A stretch of DNA of 64,000 nt. Origin: a virus. Shown here piece after piece: positions 31,501 to 37,280 of the stretch (within the stretch, counting starts at the first letter, position 1; each line of letters begins with the position of its first letter). The position numbers were made by a program, and so were the translations under genes. The DNA is taken from the IMG/VR virus record IMGVR_UViG_3300020731_000012, positions 1 through 64,000 of that record; one strand, written 5' to 3'. Below the pieces are notes generated by a model. The model saw only the letters and a program-made list of their open reading frames with translations. It searched no databases and was not told the DNA's origin.

Positions 31501-32068
31501 TAGTCAAGTGCGTTTAACAGGGCATGATTTCTTGTACATTGGTACTGGTAATCAAGCTACAACTAACTATCCATATGTTATAACTACCAGTGCGGTGGCA
31601 GCTAACCAAACTAACAGTAACGGTGGTGGACGTACATTCTTTACAAGTACTGACCAAGACGGTAACTTTAACGTTGGTGGATATTTCAGTGTACAACAAG
31701 CAACTGGTACTGCTAGCTTGAATGCTACCGCATTTAACTTGGCAGGTTTGAACAGCTTGACACTGGGAGCAGTTAGCCTAGGAGTTGGATCAGCTACAAT
31801 TACACAATTTAGTACAGATCCTTACTTTACAGCCAACAGCGATAACATTGTACCGACCCAAAAAGCTATCAAGAGCTATATTACAGCCCAGATAGGTGGC
31901 GGAGCAAGTACTTTGAACGTAAATACATTGACATCGGGTGTGATTTCAATTAGCGGTAACGTGATAACTACAACTAACTTTACAACTATTGTAGTCAGCA
32001 CCAAAATGGATTTCAGAGCAGGTATCGACGGAGCTCCTTTAGCTCTAGGATACTTCTTACAAAAATAA
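19514..32068 (+). CDS. Giant virion fibre/appendage protein, 4184 aa (paralogue of 11319..19487)
   Basis: Same domain order and shared motifs (GGNKSIVSNDFTQVLSDGIG; GGRIRATNGNSSYGTYGV; GWDH.VPGTPI; KYSQVRLT.HDFL) with many additional inserted modules. Confidence 0.85.
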   Translation: MAEYKLGRLKFVWQGAWAASTAYQVDDVVQSGGKSYICVTANTSSALFQTDLTSGYWQLMSDGLVWGGNWANGTYYQRGTQVKYGGLVYVCNTSHTSAASTATLTATGFTVSAGTATLTYATQVVQPFLVGATITLAGFSPAQTSGTVNNVNTSFTVVSCSTTQVTFALTGTYSVSVLGTVAGTSQLGLENDQSKWDLFANAFNWISGGWTSNTRYKVDDLISYGGYTYVCNTGHVSASTTALGLENDQSKWDTFNAGLNYVGTWASSTRYKLNDIVKYGADLYQCTTYHTSGSSFDTTKFTLFVGGFEYVNSWNSLTAYVIGDTVTYGGYTYIAILTAGNTNQTPSTATTYWQPFTVGFNFSGAWSSATAYKTGNVVSLGGYTYLCTADNTNQIPPNTSYWNQLNSGVKWNNQSGSYTAVTGTNISGSGTGATFNVTRSNSVYSVTVNATGSGYVTNNTLKILGTSVGGLTPANDITVTVTASAGAITGITYTGIAVTWTTGTSYVIGDVVLYGVNSYICVLAHTAGAGNTPAADTVGTYWNLLTAGSESAQLTTTGDTFYYGTGGPTRLPIGGDGTVLRAKGGVPSWGYFGAVNQVLYVAPTGTDRTDFGITPENPFKTIRYACQLIDQGYLNQSASALLTKNKQFMMKEVSAWTVFNYSFNVTATTVSTNVITVGTPGSGTTYQTTTANMSANMPITFSVSAGGLTAGQTYYVIGSSITATTFQVAATYGSSTPVTLSTTSTANVASLAYNTSKCERDAGLLIDATIFDTTHGGTLKSTQAAQSYFTSAGAFITTAFGYQATQSLASFNYLKNTLIPNVLSNTAPSTIYQTSVGIASNSQAKQIIDTTLTAESGSTLTAQTNLAIVTGAIQAASTTVIQPAVYPYTTLSIKTGTYNEVLPIIVPAYTALVGDELRSTVVQPQPAIANLANDKPKSINALNRTKAILSNIISNTVQTATSGNGQVFATVAASGNGTTATLTFASQTTAPFTVGQLITVSGVTPTGYNGSYLVTSVTTSSVSYANGTTGNQTVAGVVSSQVTGLYGTTAITGDTGSTAAISSVINNTALIQNILTNGLSQVPAFSFTTPTGYNSAYLVGFGDGKGQVTQNYAFIKNDVSNYINNNYPSVYSAINVATCQRDVGYILDALQYDMTYGGNTQSVIAGSAYYSYSVLTEAASEKAATIASYQFLQNEVYNLVLKNTVTPQSGNTLTVTTTGSAGSTAAAVFAASRIGDVIYWIQNAQANASTATFTGSITTTSLSVTSVASGTIQLGQLLTVASTGTGTIAGSTYIVAQTAGGTAVASPTLASGGTSGTNTFVVSSATGIVAGQLVTGTGIPASTYVISTYTTGTTITLVNAYGFPQNFTSNGSGTYNFYTPNLAGTYTISTSNSVTSTTLTTSSTIAPTASVALASSGLQTAYAALVAKTSEIQADTVSFVQKFYQTLNFNSATCSRDTGYIVQALAYDLALGSNFASLKAGMSYWRAITSAQTVINSQLAPEIASIGFIGYKSKMIAASGSVAQASELINDAVAYITGPLTTTLTAATTSTNVLTVGSTSNMYVGMPITFASLPANITTTSTATSNSGGTITLSATVASLGIAVGQQVYFYGTTANGAFTVGGTYIVPYQIYYVQSASASVITIASTFGGAAITLGTTSVTMNVVVNNAGGLWPNSVYYVNTIPSGTSLTITNSYASGTAYTITNTVSTTATVTAGVTPQVNGTNTYNNTQATMQGAEILRANIPFIAYEAAAYTSASYGGTVSSVSGTNVINTSSAHNFVVGDPIVFTGTVGASGIVAGTEYYVYTTPSTTSFTISAVQAGYGTQSTVALTNATLGSLTVNYYYVLAKCVRDTTSFINAIIYDLNYPGNYKTTFAAQQYLNAVNGSLLSNMFLVRNGCGVRNMTTSGLTGALSTANQFGTKRPTAGAYVSLDPGYGPQDTRVWVTNKSTYVQNVTTFGFGCVGAKVDGALHAGGNKSIVSNDFTQVLSDGIGFWVTGSGALSELVSVFCYYNYAGYLAELGGRIRATNGNSSYGTYGVVAEGTDTYETPFVGTINNRYFPAQVTNTVTDGTAQILRLEFENAGSAYTNGVISITGSGNNAAAIPDEFRDAAQFEGRLTDNGDGSTSSVGGTTYVTVANAGQGNAAYAGGAVGNYLIAATDTGQSLAYNGMRIQLTAGLGVGQYANILNYNVSKVANVVKDSFAPLVILSASATTNALTTTSTSTLYVGMPVMFATAVGGLTANTTYYVQATTTGLNSTQFSVYTASSGGITALSNTNAISLTITAVTTVNNLISATNALAAGQAVVFNSSFNGINAGQTYYVLAANLSGTQFSISPTLNGTAVQITAIATGLNYTAYAGTAMFAAGWDHVVPGTPITNTTDLTTYYIVEPRVQYTGPSFTATSRTVGSTPATWIASTYGAGNYVAIAQGATTTAYSTNGKTWQSAGALPNSNTWVDLVYGGGQGATATAVVGGLGGSGATFTAVLGSGVTAGQVVSVTVNTGGINYSTAPTIVFSGGGGANAAATCTVLNGVIQSVTVTVNGSGYSSAPTVTAATDRLTSIVVNTNGFNYYSAANVTVTITGGGASVQATATATLNTNSISTVVATNGVTQITLSTYGSGYTSTPTVTISDNATVAAKFLAIASNSTTVAYQTPNNLGNSWTATSSALPSNNFLSVAYGNGAYVAVGGTGTSPVVASSSDGLAWTSRTITGSVTYSSVAYGAGYFVAVSTGSNVTAVSSSNGASWTAGGNLPSSTTWTSVTYGNGRFVAVASGGNATAYSYNYGATWYASNFGLPYSGQWKQVRYGQGLFLAVTPPTSSTLSAAQSSASQTLAGVQIVGIAGQFGCQFAQLYVGQQVTISGAISGTGAITGYPGTATTYYITATNGYSSFTLSTVLGGTAVVTTVGTLTGTTITASNITSNYLTLASVNGLYNGAPVTFTSVTQTQTLTATTTTTAASTATAFITAGTLTVPTTASGTFANGMTLTSSGTITAGTYITATNSNSFVGLINGTILTVFSGTAPSLYMALSNASATTYGVQQTQSLTITNIVGNASGFAQVNFSTQTTIPFIGNTSITISGNSVGGFNTNYSVVAPVYLVAPGANITITGTGGTFSIPSTITGQFSYFYTGSQVVFNQPLPTYPAAGSIQGYTYTGQPQVYWVIATNGTTTFTLSATFGGSAITTAAGTIGASGSYGQPQVQLNNSTASFCVVQSATNSTGTGGTASETTATWVTLSNTTSFTGFISNGTSGGTGNFLTYLSSTFPTVGQLLTGTGIASNTYITSTSTATMSNSTISGTTLTVGTQSGQAIAVGMALQGSNVLTGTYIVSNISGSGSGSTWTINQSQNISTPQSILGIQFIVSVSQSNGTAGSPISYTGQSYTVNNSQYSISPGTLVGTSYALSSSQTQTAATITGTNNLITVNSTTGMVAGESLTAASSVGGLIASTQSLSGLSITGISGTFSCTAASLFVGQQVAISGTNGGTGTINGTANGTGTYWITVTNGSTTFTLSTTPGGGAISTTTGSPSGLTVTVNSIYYITKVVSSTQLAVGTSYGATSDVTLSNTTSQAVNVVAGATFGLLASGTTYYVTQVLPTSNQITISASQGGANLTLIQGAGAWTSVNGGQACATSQDGINWSLQAMPSVSNWQTTAFGSTPNVTAAGASPLWVAISNTSGTIGASMHTGATALGRLKAAGGVLTETRMIEPGSGYPKGVVTSTTTSTNVITVDNTENLQNNQPVTFYGTSAGGITVLTTYYVVFGSITGSSFQISATQYSATAVALSTATISGMTYRAGPIAYQIDPNRTKTASLTSRMGDGAMANPSFTNRGTLYATASTSIVGDGYEDLYQPSTFINVANFFSIPSPGANIQFGTIYSGNTWTASTPVAVGQTLIATSTGSQTIGGVTSTVYNYNVYTVTVAGTTGSTPPSFTSGTTTDGTATLSYTGSNPNTWYKLVAITNQLGSPGSYTAQFQINPSLTTLNAPAHSTTITTRLKYSQVRLTGHDFLYIGTGNQATTNYPYVITTSAVAANQTNSNGGGRTFFTSTDQDGNFNVGGYFSVQQATGTASLNATAFNLAGLNSLTLGAVSLGVGSATITQFSTDPYFTANSDNIVPTQKAIKSYITAQIGGGASTLNVNTLTSGVISISGNVITTTNFTTIVVSTKMDFRAGIDGAPLALGYFLQK

Positions 32069-32080
32069 CGGAGAAATAAA

Positions 32081-32407
32081 ATGCCAACAGGAAGAGTCGC
32101 AACAGTTAGCCCAAATGCTAGCACACTTACACAGTTATACTATGTTAACTCTGGTTACTACGGTATCTATAATATCAGTATTACTAATACCAATTCAACC
32201 CCAGTTACTATTCGTTTAGCAGTAACAAACGTAAGCCCAACAGCACCAAACTCAAATGAATATATTGAGTTTGGCGCTGTAATAGTACCCAACGGTGTAC
32301 TTGAACGTACAGGTGTGGCGATACAAGCAGGTTACTATTTGTCATGCTATGCAACTTCTGCCAACGTTAACTTCAACGTTTGGGGAATTGAGACATTATC
32401 ATCATAA
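32081..32407 (+). CDS. Small beta-rich virion protein
   Basis: 108 aa, EYIEFGAVIVPNGVLERTG; SD GGAG. Confidence 0.72.
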   Translation: MPTGRVATVSPNASTLTQLYYVNSGYYGIYNISITNTNSTPVTIRLAVTNVSPTAPNSNEYIEFGAVIVPNGVLERTGVAIQAGYYLSCYATSANVNFNVWGIETLSS

Positions 32408-32424
32408 TATAAGAGAGACAGCAT

Positions 32425-33315
32425 ATGGCAAGATATAACACCTCAGGAGCTCTAGTCCCAACAGGCGCAAATAATGGAGTTAACCTAACAATTAGCAGTG
32501 CTACTGTGCTGTCAACTCCTCTTCAAGGTACATTCTATGAATGTGCAGGAACTGCACCGTATCAAGTAACACTACCAAGCCCGTCGGCATTCTATGGTAT
32601 TGCAATGACATTTTACAATACCACAGGCGGTGCTGTAACATTATCAACTCCGAGTGGAAACTTTGTTGGTGCAATAGTAGGTACAGCGGCTAGTACTTTT
32701 GTTTTACCAGCAACTGGGTCTATGGCAACTGTAATTTCAGACGGCACTTACTATATTGTAACTAGTGGTGGAGGTGTTAACGTACCTGCTAGTACACTCA
32801 CAGCAAGTTCAACAGTAACACTGAATCCATCTAACGCAAGTGTAACATTGAGCCCAACTGGGTCAGGTACTGTTACAATTAACCCTGCTACAGCAGGTAG
32901 CATCAGTAACGTGAGCGGATCATTTACCAGCTTTACCAACACTGGCTTAAGCACGTTCCAGCAGATTCAAGAGGTATTAGTATCAAGTGCTAGTCCAGGT
33001 ACATCACCTACATTAAACTATGCTTCAGGTGACGTATTTTATCTAACCAGTCTAAGCGGAAACTTTGTACCAAACTTTACCAACGTACCAACAACTGGTG
33101 CTCGTTCAACTACTATTACATTATTTTTAATACAAGGCGGTACTGCTTATTATCCAACAAGCATACAGATTAACGGTAGTGGATATTCAATTACTTGGCC
33201 AGGCGGCGTAGCGCCAACACCACGTGCAAACAAAGTCGACGTTGCTACACTTATTTTATTGAACCCAGCTGGTTCATTTGCAAACGTGTTAGGTCAATAC
33301 GGATCATTTGGTTAA
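32425..33315 (+). CDS. Tail-fibre-like virion protein
   Basis: Thr/Ser/Gly rich; C-terminal ITLFLIQGGT...ITWPGG.AP.....VD motif common in fibre C-termini. Confidence 0.7.
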   Translation: MARYNTSGALVPTGANNGVNLTISSATVLSTPLQGTFYECAGTAPYQVTLPSPSAFYGIAMTFYNTTGGAVTLSTPSGNFVGAIVGTAASTFVLPATGSMATVISDGTYYIVTSGGGVNVPASTLTASSTVTLNPSNASVTLSPTGSGTVTINPATAGSISNVSGSFTSFTNTGLSTFQQIQEVLVSSASPGTSPTLNYASGDVFYLTSLSGNFVPNFTNVPTTGARSTTITLFLIQGGTAYYPTSIQINGSGYSITWPGGVAPTPRANKVDVATLILLNPAGSFANVLGQYGSFG

Positions 33316-33332
33316 TAAACTAGGAGAATTAC

Positions 33333-34559
33333 ATGCCATTTTTAGGAAGCATAGGCGGAAGCAACGAAGTCAAAGGGTTTGGAAGTTATCACCCAGGCGT
33401 TGGCCCACAAGATACATCTGGTAGCTCGGCAGCAGGTTCTCTTGGAACTACAACAGTTACCAGCAACACTGCATCAAACTCAGTCAGCGGCACTCGCGCT
33501 ACATTTGATCCGTTTTTTAACGGCAATATTACTTACACCATTAGTTCGGGAGCTTTGCCTCCAGGTTTTTCATTAAACAGTAGTACCGGTACAGTGAGTG
33601 GATCTTATACACCAAGCGGTCTTAATACTGATGCTCAAGTATATACATTTACTGTACGTGCCACTGATAACTCAGGATTCAACAGTTTTACAGATCGTAC
33701 CTACACTGTAACACTATCAGTTCCATGGTTGTATCAACAGATTTTAACAACTGTTTATATGCTTGGCGGTTATCAAAGTTCAAGCCTATGGTCAAACGTA
33801 AATCGTACAACAAATTCAACACAGACTACTGTTAACCTAGGTGACGGTAACGTTGATAACTATCACTACAAGTCAGGTGGCACTAGCTATAACAAGACTT
33901 ATATCTGGAATGGCGGTCCAACAGGATTCAGCTTGCGTACAGAAACTAAAAACGTCTCAGGTAACAACGCAGGCGGTGGTGGCAACAATGGTACAATCTT
34001 TAACCAGCGTTATGCTTGTTATGTAACAGGCGAAGGTACTGGTACGATCAATAAATTCTATTTCTCAAACGAAACACAAGCTAACTTAGGCAATGGTTGG
34101 AACGATCATGCCGCAGGCATCAGCGGACAGTATCGTGGCATGTGGTGGGGTAACTCAGGACAAACTCAGCGTGTCTATTTCCCAACAGATGCTGTTGCTA
34201 ACCTAGGTTATTCAGCTGGCGCACACGGACAACAAAAAGGTCTAATGGCCAAATGGGGTTATGGCTACGGTGGCGGCGAAGGAAGCTATTCAGGTGGCTA
34301 TACATATCGTAAGACCAACATTGAAAGTGAAAGTCAAGCTAGTAACTTTGGTCGCCCAGGTGGTTGGGGCTTTGGTGAAGACAACTATGGTATGGGCCAA
34401 GACTTTGGTTTCCTACTAGGCGAACACGATCCTAGCGGCCAGAATAATCGTTCGTTTACATACTATTATAACTCAGATAGCGGAAGTCAAAACGGCGGAA
34501 CACTTGAACCAAAAGGACACGGCGGCGCCAGTTCTGGTCATTGCGGTTGGAGAGATTAA
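33333..34559 (+). CDS. Putative fibre tip / receptor-binding protein: Ig-like domain plus Kelch-like repeats
   Basis: TYTISSGALPPGFSLNSSTGTVSG (putative Ig/He_PIG-like) followed by ~40-aa Gly-rich repeats (YMLGGY; T..NLG x3). Confidence 0.6.
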   Translation: MPFLGSIGGSNEVKGFGSYHPGVGPQDTSGSSAAGSLGTTTVTSNTASNSVSGTRATFDPFFNGNITYTISSGALPPGFSLNSSTGTVSGSYTPSGLNTDAQVYTFTVRATDNSGFNSFTDRTYTVTLSVPWLYQQILTTVYMLGGYQSSSLWSNVNRTTNSTQTTVNLGDGNVDNYHYKSGGTSYNKTYIWNGGPTGFSLRTETKNVSGNNAGGGGNNGTIFNQRYACYVTGEGTGTINKFYFSNETQANLGNGWNDHAAGISGQYRGMWWGNSGQTQRVYFPTDAVANLGYSAGAHGQQKGLMAKWGYGYGGGEGSYSGGYTYRKTNIESESQASNFGRPGGWGFGEDNYGMGQDFGFLLGEHDPSGQNNRSFTYYYNSDSGSQNGGTLEPKGHGGASSGHCGWRD

Positions 34560-34560
34560 T

Positions 34561-34566
34561 TAAATA
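34561..34566 (+). promoter_or_regulatory. Late promoter TAAATA heading the enzyme island
   Basis: Motif 1 nt after the upstream stop; SD GAGGA before ATG 34594. Confidence 0.62.
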
Positions 34567-34593
34567 TTCAATATTAATTGATCGAGGATACTA

Positions 34594-35514
34594 ATGACTA
34601 ACGAGATTCAAAACTTTTCTGAAAATTTGCATGAAAAATACGCAGACATGGTCACAGCTGACAAGCTGACGCCAACTACACACGCAGATAAATTAGAAGA
34701 AGACAAACAAAGATTAGTTGAAATGGCTCTTAACGCTACGTTCTTAAATCCTAAATTTAAAATGGAACGTTTTGTTCCGTCAGGCCAACTAACTCCTTAT
34801 GCTACAGTACGCCAATGGTTATTAGAACTTAAGAGTATTGAAGAATCATGCGAACGCTATGTTACCATGATGGCCAAATACGAAATTGAATTACCGATGC
34901 TTCAAGCTAAGATTGATCGTGAAGAAGATCCAATTAAAAAAGCAGAAATTCAATTAAAACTATTAGAACAACAATATCAATATGTTTGTGATAAACGTCG
35001 TAAGGCACAGCATTTTATCGAGCGCGAACAATATTGTGATTTGTTAAAAGATTATCTAGCTGGCCCTCACGGTAAAACTCCAGACGGTCGTAGCTGGTTA
35101 GAAGTGTTTGGTAACCTAGATGAAGAAAACGAATGGGAAAAACACTATTGGACTGTTCGTCTAGCTAAACAAGCCGCAATGGATGTAGTTGGTTACGGTA
35201 AAGTTAGTGCCGGTAACATGGATGCTATTACACAACTTGACGGCCAACAACAACAAGAAGCATTGGCACTTACGCATGAAATTGCACTCAGAGTAGAAGC
35301 TATGAGTAGTAGTTTACGTAATCAAGCCCACGGCCACTTGATGCAAACCGATAAAGACTATGCTGGTATTATGCAAGGCCATACTCCGGAAGATCTTAAT
35401 AAAATAGAATTTAATGTCAACAATCTCGTTCCTGTAGAAGAGCGTCATACTACTGATCCGAACGCTGTTGATCAACCTACCGATGAGGAACTTAACGATG
35501 TTTATCGTCCTTGA
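34594..35514 (+). CDS. Hypothetical coiled-coil protein (possible fibre assembly chaperone)
   Basis: Charged alpha-helical 306-aa protein directly after the fibre tip gene. Confidence 0.65.
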   Translation: MTNEIQNFSENLHEKYADMVTADKLTPTTHADKLEEDKQRLVEMALNATFLNPKFKMERFVPSGQLTPYATVRQWLLELKSIEESCERYVTMMAKYEIELPMLQAKIDREEDPIKKAEIQLKLLEQQYQYVCDKRRKAQHFIEREQYCDLLKDYLAGPHGKTPDGRSWLEVFGNLDEENEWEKHYWTVRLAKQAAMDVVGYGKVSAGNMDAITQLDGQQQQEALALTHEIALRVEAMSSSLRNQAHGHLMQTDKDYAGIMQGHTPEDLNKIEFNVNNLVPVEERHTTDPNAVDQPTDEELNDVYRP

Positions 35515-36064
35515 AGCACTACCATTTAATCACCCAGCACTAGATCAAAAAATTGAAATTCTTGATCAGTACAGTTTTGGCCCATACACCTGCGCTTATA
35601 TCGCACCAGAAAATGAATCTAGTGTTGATCTAAGCCAAATAAACTATATTCAAGTTCCTGAGAACATAGCTCGTGCGGCCAAATTTGCTAAAGTTACACA
35701 TGAGCACAAGATTAAAATTGCAGTGGGATCAGAAGTACACGAAGAATTGATCATCCATTCTATGGAAGAGCATGCTGTAAAACCGCAACTTACATACAAG
35801 TTAAGCGATGCGGATCTTGCAGAAGTGGTAGAATTTTGGAAAGCGGTGATGCATCTAGCACTAACTGTCTACTACAAAAATTTAAGTCAAGAAGATCAAG
35901 ATCGTAATGCCGCACTCAAAGCATCTATTGCTAGCGAGATAGATGCCTGCACCGAAGTAATTCAAACACGAGCAATTTTACATAATCGTTTTGGAATTGC
36001 AACTAGCAGTGTGGTGGCAGAAGATCAACAATGGGGCGCGGCAACTGTAAATTTATCTGAATAA
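35498..36064 (+). CDS. Hypothetical protein
   Basis: ATG 35498 preceded by SD GAGG; overlaps the end of the upstream gene. Confidence 0.68.
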   Translation: MFIVLEALPFNHPALDQKIEILDQYSFGPYTCAYIAPENESSVDLSQINYIQVPENIARAAKFAKVTHEHKIKIAVGSEVHEELIIHSMEEHAVKPQLTYKLSDADLAEVVEFWKAVMHLALTVYYKNLSQEDQDRNAALKASIASEIDACTEVIQTRAILHNRFGIATSSVVAEDQQWGAATVNLSE

Positions 36065-36651
36065 TGATAGACGATATCATTGAGTTAGATAATTTTCTGC
36101 CAGTCGACTATGTTGATCGACTTGAAAAACGATTGATGCATCCAAGTTTTCCTTGGGCCCTTACTCTAGATTCAGTATATGGTGCTGACGGCAAAATAGA
36201 AAATGTTGGAGCAGTTGGTTTTTATCATAATATAGTATTCAACAATAATCAACGTTCTGAAGATCTTTCAAAAGTAGAACCGGTACTAATGGGATTAGAA
36301 AAAGCACTAGGTGGTAAACTAGTGATTGATGTTGTAGAGCGTATCAGAGTCGGGCTTTTTACATGTAATGCTGATCCTAGTCCGCATGCCGCACACGTTG
36401 ATGCATATTTCCCCCATTGGACTGCTGTGTATTATGTAAATGACTGTGACGGGGACTTAACAATTTACGAAGAAACTTGGCCTACACTACTGCCTGATCA
36501 AGCCAAATTTAGTCAACTAACAGTTAAGAAAAAAGTTAAACCTGCCAAAGGGAAAATTGTATTATTCCCTGGACAGCACTATCACGCAAGCTCGTATCCT
36601 ACTGTTAGCCCATTACGCATAGCTATCACATTTAATTTCACTTCCAAATAA
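36064..36651 (+). CDS. 2OG-Fe(II) oxygenase
   Basis: H-V-D ... TAVYYVND ... GKIVLFPG..YH ... R.AITFN (HxD...H...R); TAATG coupling. Confidence 0.85.
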   Translation: MIDDIIELDNFLPVDYVDRLEKRLMHPSFPWALTLDSVYGADGKIENVGAVGFYHNIVFNNNQRSEDLSKVEPVLMGLEKALGGKLVIDVVERIRVGLFTCNADPSPHAAHVDAYFPHWTAVYYVNDCDGDLTIYEETWPTLLPDQAKFSQLTVKKKVKPAKGKIVLFPGQHYHASSYPTVSPLRIAITFNFTSK

Positions 36652-36657
36652 TTTCAG

Positions 36658-36663
36658 TAAATA
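36658..36663 (+). promoter_or_regulatory. Late promoter TAAATA (internal to island)
   Basis: Motif in the 38-nt gap before 36690. Confidence 0.55.
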
Positions 36664-36689
36664 TACCTATATAATACTAGGGATAATGC

Positions 36690-37280
36690 ATGTTTACAGA
36701 TTTTATAGGAGTGTTTGATAATTTTTTAACAGCCAAAGAATGCCAAACATTTATTGATTATTTTAATCATATGAAAGAATTAGACTTGGTCTATGACAGA
36801 CAGTCTATGAAAGATGGCAGAGCTCATCACAAAGACGACGAAACTGGCTTTGTCATGCAATTTGACAGTTTGCCTGTAATGAAAGCTAATCCCATAATGA
36901 AAACTTTCTTTGATAAATTTTGGAAAGCCTATGGTGATTATGCAGAAGAATTTAGCATATTACACGACATTGAAAAACATGGTGTTATAAGTGCTCGTTT
37001 ACAGAAAACAGAACCAGGTGGCGGCTATCATGATTGGCATTGCGAAAACGCCGGATTTGATGTCAGTACCCGAGTAACAGTATTTTCCCTGTATCTAAAT
37101 GATGTAGAACACGGAGGCGAAACAGAATTCCTCTATCAAAAACGCAGACTAAGTGCCAAGGCAGGACGACTAGTAATATGGCCAGCGGCATTTACACATA
37201 CCCATCGAGGTAATCCTCCATTGAGTAATGAAAAATATATTTTAACCGGCTGGTTACAATACTTTGGAGAACCTAAATGA
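36690..37280 (+). CDS. 2OG-Fe(II) oxygenase (prolyl-4-hydroxylase-like)
   Basis: GYHDWHCE, YLNDVEHGGETEF, GRLVIWPA.FTHTHRGNPP, KYILTGW. Confidence 0.9.
   Translation: MFTDFIGVFDNFLTAKECQTFIDYFNHMKELDLVYDRQSMKDGRAHHKDDETGFVMQFDSLPVMKANPIMKTFFDKFWKAYGDYAEEFSILHDIEKHGVISARLQKTEPGGGYHDWHCENAGFDVSTRVTVFSLYLNDVEHGGETEFLYQKRRLSAKAGRLVIWPAAFTHTHRGNPPLSNEKYILTGWLQYFGEPK

Noticed and set aside
11319-34559. Diversity-generating retroelement or invertase-based fibre switching
   Set aside because: No reverse transcriptase or recombinase in the window, and no near-identical TR/VR pair differing only at adenines. Repeats are diverged at synonymous sites.
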